Shown: positions 55,996-64,000 of the stretch, in pieces
Layout of the letters: the number at the start of each line of letters is the position of its first letter
Numbering within the stretch: the stretch's first letter is position 1
Assembly: GCA_951406725.2 (NCBI GenBank)
Contig: OX597834.1
Location: forward strand, 13,206,001 to 13,270,000
Source: Octopus vulgaris
Taxonomy: Eukaryota
DNA length: 64,000 bases
Direction: 5' to 3'
Translations under genes and position numbers: made by a program
Notes under the pieces: generated by a model
Told to the model about the DNA's origin: nothing
The model's database searches: none
The model's input: the letters and a program-made list of their open reading frames with translations, nothing else

Positions 55996-57503
55996 GGTCG
56001 TACTATAGAGAGACGAAATGTTAAAAGGTATTTCATCGATGTTGTGATGATTCTCCAGTATATTATAATTCTAAGTGATGCACTGAGCTTCGCAGAAACA
56101 ATATTTTACAACACTTTTCAAACAGTGTAAATGTGAACATACCAAATGGAATTCAATTATATGTTGAATATGTATCTTCTAAATCAGATTACAAGCATAA
56201 ACATTGAATTATTCATAGAGATTTCGTCATTAGATCTATGAACACCGAGGCATAAGATTTATTGAGATTTGAAATTAGAATATTACAGGAACTCGGAATA
56301 TACGTTTATATAAATTTCAAAAAGTGTAAAATAAGTAAAGTGTTCAAGATATCAATATAACACATAAAACATAGTTGCATTTGTTATTTTTGATTCCAAT
56401 TTCTTTAGGAGAAACCCGAACACGAGACTTGGCGCCTCTTTATAAGAGTCGCGTGTGTCGTTGCCAATGTTTATGGTAGATTAAGTCCGTATTTATATAT
56501 ACTGGAATTGTCGCAATAGAATTGAAATTATTATATTGCTAGCCCTTGGGGCGATACGTTTATCACGTTCTGAAACATCGCACTGCAGAGATCTTCACAT
56601 ATGTGTTATATATTTCTCAAGTGTCTATTAACAGCAATCGTTTACATTTGAAAGGCTTGAGGTCATGACACCTCTGGTTTTACTTTCTTCTGCTACAGTA
56701 CATTATGAAACAAATGTGGTATTTTTCAGTTAAACTTTGTGAACATCTCACAGAAACACATTGTGTAAGATACACTGGTGAATGAGAAAGATGCCGAGGG
56801 AAATAGAACCACGACAGAGTGCTGAGGGTCCTGGCTTGCATATAGACATGGAATGGCATACAAGAGCATCAAATTCATAAGAAAAGATGATATGAAGCCA
56901 AATAAAAAGTCAAAGGGAACCCATGTATTTTCTTATCATACAACCGTCATTTCTTTTAAAAGAAGAGATAATAGTGACATCCCCACAAGCAGACATGGAC
57001 ACTCTATCATATAAGGAAATATCACAAGGATAAACATATACTATTTCGAACCTACACGAACGTATTGCAAATATTTATATTTCAATGCTCTGACACCCAT
57101 TGGTCAGTGTGCACGCTACGATATTTTACATTACAAAAATCTTCCTATATTTTCCTACTATATATATCAAGCGTTTCTGGTATTCAGTTTCTCTAAGATT
57201 GCTGATATTCTCTAAGTGAGAATCTCTTCTCTGGAAAATGTTTGCCGAGAAATAAAATATTAAGAGGAAGTAAGAACTTTTAGCTTAATACGTGTAGAGA
57301 AATTCATCATCATATCTACGCCATTGTTATGCATATATGGAATACATATACATACTCCTACGTATAACTAAATTTGTGTGTACGTGTTTGTATCTATACC
57401 TATATACATATACGTACATACATATATATATATATATATATTGGTAAAAATAGTAAGACAACAAAAGAAAGAAAGCTAACTCGATCTTGTGTAGAGAAAT
57501 TTA

Positions 57504-57565
<62 letters not shown>

Positions 57566-57574
57566 TAGAATACA

Positions 57575-57617
<43 letters not shown>

Positions 57618-57678
57618 ATGTATTCTATATATGTATATATATATATATACACAATATATATATACATATCTATACATA

Positions 57679-57753
<75 letters not shown>

Positions 57754-58347
57754 GAATATACATTCATCTCTCTATCTAGATAGCTACCTATATATATATA
57801 TATATATATACTATGCGTGCGTGTGATTTCATGAGTGTATGTAAGGAATGGAGGAATGAATAAGTGATAAATTCATAGTCTCCAGAAGCAAAATCCGCAT
57901 TATGTTACAATGAAATGGAAGATGTCTTAATAGTATCAGTTTACAAAAGATGTAGACAGATTTACTTTAACAAGATCTACCTGAACATGCCTTACACAAT
58001 GACACATATGAAAATTATTGTTCTATATCGAATAACGGATTATTACTATCATAAATACTACCTCGGAAGCAAATCTGATAATTCTCACGCACACGCACAA
58101 TCGCACACATCTTCACACACATTGTTTCATGCACGTACATTCATACTGCCATTCATCCGGACATATACATAGAAGCATGATCTTAATAAGCTATGCATAT
58201 AAGAATTTATATATATTTTGTGTATGTGTGTGTGTGTGTGTACGTGCGTCTCAGTGTGTGTGTTCATTTTTTGTCTATGTGAAACTATACAGACACATAT
58301 ATATATATATATGTTTGCGTGTGTATAAGTTCAAATTAATATACCTG

Positions 58348-58404
<57 letters not shown>

Positions 58405-58452
58405 TATATATATATATATATTTCTTCTCTAAAGGAGATCTCAGTAAAAACA

Positions 58453-58502
<50 letters not shown>

Positions 58503-58614
58503 TATATACGTATGTATCTTTCTATCTGCGTATTTATTTATCCTTCAGTCTCTAATTCTTTAATATTTTTGTTTTCATATGTATAAGTGTTTGTGTGTGC
58601 GTGGTTATATGTAT

Positions 58615-58696
<82 letters not shown>

Positions 58697-58754
58697 TAGC
58701 CTCTGCACGCATTTTTTTCTCTCCTTGTTTCTCTCCGTGTTTCTTTTCTGTGTA

Positions 58755-58792
58755 TCTTTCTGTTGAAGAGCGTAGGCTCGAAACGTAAAAGA
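58755..58792 (+). ncRNA. Minimal hammerhead (one core substitution) in a PLE-like fragment (~58695-58890)
   Basis: TCTTT-CTGTTGA-a-GAGC gtag GCTC-GAAAC-GTA-AAAGA: perfect stems I and II, core CUGuUGA. Confidence 0.55.
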
Positions 58793-58916
58793 CTTGTTTT
58801 ATTTATATTCCTGAGCGCCATACTAATACAATTGTTTGTTTGTATTCCACCTGCCTTCGTCTTTTGTTTATTTTCATAAAGCTTCCCGTTACATATATAT
58901 ATACATATATATATGA

Positions 58917-58978
<62 letters not shown>

Positions 58979-58982
58979 AGAG

Positions 58983-59345
58983 TAGAGGCGCAACGGCCCA
59001 GTGGTTACGGCAGCGGATGGTGATCGTAGGACCACAGATTCGATTCCCAGACTAGGTGCTGCAAGTATTTATTGAAAGAAACACCTAAATGGTCCACGAT
59101 GCTCTGGCAGAGGTGGCGAATTCTGCTTTACTTTTTCACCACAACTCCCTCTCACTCTTTCTTACTGCTTCTCTTGTAACTCTGTTTCGAAGGGTCAGCC
59201 TTGTCACACTCTGTGTCACGCTGAATCTCCCTGAAGGGTATACCTGTCTGTGGAGCTCAGTCACTTATACGTTAATTTCACGAGCAGGCTGTTCCGTTGA
59301 TCGGATCAACTGGAAAACTCATCGTCGTAACCGACGGAGTGCCAC
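58983..59345 (+). mobile_element. SINE family B, tail type 2
   Basis: gaggcgcaacggcccagtgg...gattcgattccc...cgtaaccgacggagtgcc. Confidence 0.9.
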
Positions 59346-59402
59346 TACGATATATATCTGCGTTTGTATGTATGCATGTGTATATATATATATATATATC
59401 TA

Positions 59403-59670
59403 TGGATCTGTTCCCTTTGAACCGCAGATCAAGAAATTGATTTTTTGTAAATTAATACTTTCAAACTTCGGACATTGGTAGAATGTGTCATATAAAACAT
59501 CTTTTACTCTTAGTGTTGTTTAGAAAAGTTTATATTTTCAAAGTCATTTCGTGTTAAAGTTGTCGTATTTCGGTAATTTCGACCAACCAATCATGTGCAT
59601 TCAGCTGAATAAAATTACCGCCGTTTTGTCAACAACAACAACTATTTGAAATAACTTTGAAAATATGAAT
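59403..59670. mobile_element. MITE-like / DNA-transposon fragment
   Basis: Internal inverted motif atattttcaaagtcatttc / gaaataactttgaaaatat; starts next to a TA tract. Confidence 0.3.
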
Positions 59671-60388
59671 TGTGTCTTACGAAGGACATGATAACCAGAT
59701 GCTTCAAATGTCGATGTAATGTTCATTTCAGGGCTTTCTTTACGGGAGACTCAAAAGAAGAACTAAACAACAACAGAGTTATACATATAAAAAAGAAATG
59801 GTGATAGTGAAATCTGGCCAAAGCGACATTTGAACTCAAAACTGAGGAGTTTAGAAGAAGGATTTGGCTAAGCTGTTTTATTTCACCCGTAATGCATTTC
59901 ATAAATTTGCCGCGTATCAGTCTGGAATACAGGTAAATAGGTAGTATGGCTACTACTACAAGTCATAAGGTCGATAAGAGTAAAAGCTCGGAAGACTATC
60001 TTTCTTCGCATAACAAGCCGAAAACTTCGAAGTTGAAGAAATAGCCTATATAGATATGATCCGAGACGTTAAAGTGTAGCACACCTATTGATCAAATTTT
60101 GACAGTGCACTATTAGGAAGTATGTTACTTGAATGTGTCTGTAGATACGGAGTGGGTGAGTTGAGTTTGATGCATTACGGAAAGAGGAGTCTCTCAACAA
60201 GGTCATGCTTCGGTGATCTAAGATGTGGAAAAAAGAATCTTGAACAGCACATCAATCGATTGATCAATCAAATATTCAATAAATATCAAAATTAATCATT
60301 AAAAATAAGGAACAGGGTTTAGCCTTGTGTATGCATACGTACATAGACATGAATATGCATCTTAATATATAATACATATGTATGTATG

Positions 60389-60436
<48 letters not shown>

Positions 60437-60466
60437 GTGTGTGTGTGTGTGTGTATTTATATGTGC

Positions 60467-60546
<80 letters not shown>

Positions 60547-60633
60547 ATATAAGTAGCTATATATATATGGATAGAGAGAGAGAGAAAGAGAGAAATATTT
60601 TTATGTGTGTATTTATATCTATCTATTTATCTC

Positions 60634-60670
<37 letters not shown>

Positions 60671-60688
60671 ATATATATATATATATAT

Positions 60689-60808
60689 ATCACGTGATCA
60701 CGTGACCGACCTGACCATCAGATGTTGTTACACATCGCTGGTCACAATGCGTTCGCATTGTTTTAGCCTTCGAATGACGCCACCCCGCTGGCTAAGGGAA
60801 CAGGCCAA
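60689..60808 (-). mobile_element. SINE family B tail-1 fragment
   Basis: atcacgtgatcacgtgaccgac...gacgccaccccgctggctaag. Confidence 0.85.
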
Positions 60809-61187
60809 TATATATATACATATATGCAGGCACACATACACTAGCATACACGCCGGCGTAGGAATGGGTATGCAAATATATGCTGCCATCAAACACCTAA
60901 TAATACGAACATTTGAATAGTTGATAGCGTGTGTATACATATTCATATTTTTGCCTGATATCTTTTGTTACTATTCTATGGCCTGTATTTATGTCTAAGT
61001 ATATAATAGATTTGTGTTATATCTAACGTTCTGGTGTAGACGATATTTCATCAATTTTGTATGGAAGGACACATATGCAATCTTTTGCGCGTACGCACTT
61101 GGGCTTGCGTGTGTATACTGCAAGAAATGATTATTTATATACCAGGGAGTCGTACAGGATTTTTATGTGGTTGTATTGCACATCCAA

Positions 61188-61251
<64 letters not shown>

Positions 61252-61359
61252 ATCTATCTATATATCTATCTATCTATCTATATATATATATATATATACA
61301 TCTATCTATCTACCTATCTATATCCATCTACCTATATATTTAGATATACATATAATCTT

Positions 61360-61530
61360 TTACTCTTTTACTCTTTTACTTGTTTCAGTCATTTGACTGC
61401 GGCCATGCTGGAGCACCGCCTTTAGTCGAGCAAATTGACCCCGGGACTTATTCTTTGTACTTATTCTATCGGTCTCTTTTGCCGAACCGCTAAGTGACGG
61501 GGACGTAAACACATCAGCATCGGTTGTCAC
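61360..61530 (-). mobile_element. SINE family A 3' half
   Basis: tactcttttactc...gccatgctggagcaccgcc...catcggttgtca. Confidence 0.88.
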
Positions 61531-61588
61531 ACACACACACATATGTATATATATATACATGTGTACATATAAATACACACACACACAA

Positions 61589-61645
<57 letters not shown>

Positions 61646-61856
61646 CATACATATGTATATATATATATCTGTATCTATATATCTATATCTATATAAGGAT
61701 CGAAAAAAAAGAAAGGAAAAAACGACCCTTATTGATTGAAAACCTACCCCCGCCTTTTTTTTAGCCCAACAAAGAAAATCTCTACATTGTAATTTGTTCC
61801 CTCTGTGTTCAGCTCTGCGTGGCTAATAAAGAAACACATCTATATCTATATCTATA

Positions 61857-61925
<69 letters not shown>

Positions 61926-62044
61926 GAATATATATAAATAAATATATATATATATATATATATGTTTGTGTGTGTGTGTATGTATGTATAATTTTAATAG
62001 CCAATAAACACCACTACGCACGGTTCGATTTTTTTCATTCTACA

Positions 62045-62235
62045 TACGAGCAGATGATGAAAGTTTCCCCGATCCCAGTAACAGAGAATGCAGAAGGATC
62101 GGTTAGAGATGCTTCTATTCGACTTCTTACGACCTCAGATTGACCCTTATTCATTTATTACACCAACCCTTCAGTTTTTCTAAGTCCTGTAAAAGTACTA
62201 GGGAAGTGGAGACTCCAACCAGGCCTTTCGCTACG
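62045..62235 (-). mobile_element. Mariner-like element terminal fragment
   Basis: TA-CGAG...tgaaagtttcc mariner-type TIR start followed by sequence resembling a reversed transposase 3' end; diverged. Confidence 0.45.
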
Positions 62236-62298
62236 GAATTAAATCCAGGGAAGTTTCAGTCTCCCATCTCGTATGCTTATCTACATACTTATATGTAA

Positions 62299-62337
<39 letters not shown>

Positions 62338-62627
62338 TACATACATATATATATATATATTTGAGTAGTTGAATGAATTATCTTATTATGGATAATTTGG
62401 TTAACCGATACCCGGGTAGCATTATCGCTATGGACACCGTGTGGGTAGTCATCTAACAGTTTTTGTTCATCTTGATGCAGACATAAGTTCCTTGTTTTTC
62501 CCGATGGGAAGGCGGCATAATGCACCCCTTATTCCTTCGAAATTAGGAATATGCAGCCTTCGATACATATGTCGAGAATAAAGGAATTGTGTTAATTCGT
62601 CGTTTCAACTCCATTCTTTCATTTATT

Positions 62628-62692
<65 letters not shown>

Positions 62693-62870
62693 ACAATAAT
62701 AACTTTAGGGAATATTATTCCTAACTTTCAGGGTTACATTTTCTAGATGGTGTAATTTAATTGTTCATTTTGAATTGATAAAAGGTGATTTATTCTAATT
62801 ATATATCTATATACACATACATATTTATATATGTCTGTCTGTATGTATGTATGTATGTATATATATATAT

Positions 62871-62930
<60 letters not shown>

Positions 62931-63204
62931 GTGTTTACATAGATTCACTTAAGAACATAAAATTGTGAGTGTGTGCATCTGAATATAGATACGCGTTTAG
63001 GCGAATATATATTTCACCATAGAACAATTTACGCGTAGACATGAATGCATATTTATTTCGTCTGTATAATGATAGCTATTCCAGTATATATCGAATTATC
63101 AATTATTATTGAATTATCATGTACCTTTAATACATCTTTGCACACACGTATTACGTACACAGACGAGCACATACGCAGATAATGATATACATGTATATAT
63201 GTAC

Positions 63205-63245
<41 letters not shown>

Positions 63246-63267
63246 CATATAATTCAGATATGTATTT

Positions 63268-63310
<43 letters not shown>

Positions 63311-63640
63311 TGAATATACATATACAAATAGATATGGGAGTATATATATATATATATATATACATATATATACCAACTGTGTGCATTTTATCTACTATTT
63401 TCACTGGAACTATAGAAGGTTAGAAGTTTCAAATTATTAGACTTTTGTGTTCAGAATAGTTGTCTTCTATAAAAGAATCATTTATGATGGCAATGACTGC
63501 AGACATCAAAGTGGTTTTATGTTAACAATTCTAAATATATTCTCCTACAATTTTTTTTTTTGTTTTTCACTCTGAAATGGACTTAAATATCGGCACACAC
63601 TCATATGTACAACAATGTATGCAAGCAATCAAGTACAAAA

Positions 63641-63722
<82 letters not shown>

Positions 63723-63754
63723 TATATATATATATTTTATATTATATATATATA

Positions 63755-63830
<76 letters not shown>

Positions 63831-64000
63831 ATATATATATGCACATATGAAAGTGAATGCATATATTAATACATAGATCTATGCATATAAGAATGCAAAC
63901 GCTTTTATGAATGTATATACTTATTTATACATTACATTCACACACACATATATACATTATTTATACACATGTATATATAGACGTGCATATACGCAGTTAC

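Overview
This is AT-rich, repeat-saturated eukaryotic DNA. The SINE families and dense (TA)n/(TATC)n/(CA)n microsatellites point to a cephalopod, most likely Octopus (inference from recalled repeat families, not a database search). No intact host protein-coding gene can be supported: nearly all listed ORFs are microsatellite or repeat read-throughs, so the window is probably intronic or intergenic. It contains three abundant tRNA-derived SINE families (labelled A, B, C here), non-autonomous Helitrons, RepHel coding relics (STPR-like repeats, Zn finger, PIF1 helicase), RTE and other LINE relics, mariner and hAT relics, and many short Penelope-like (PLE) fragments sitting in (TA)n tracts. The main highlight is a near-perfect 638-bp palindrome (8665-9302) with a complete type-I hammerhead ribozyme fold in each arm. 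At least five unrelated minimal or degenerate hammerheads occur elsewhere. Also notable are several (TA)n-associated fold-backs, a candidate recursive-splice micro-exon (32484-32519), and a CpG-rich promoter-like patch with an IRF-type motif (~36300-36490). Many repeat boundaries are approximate.
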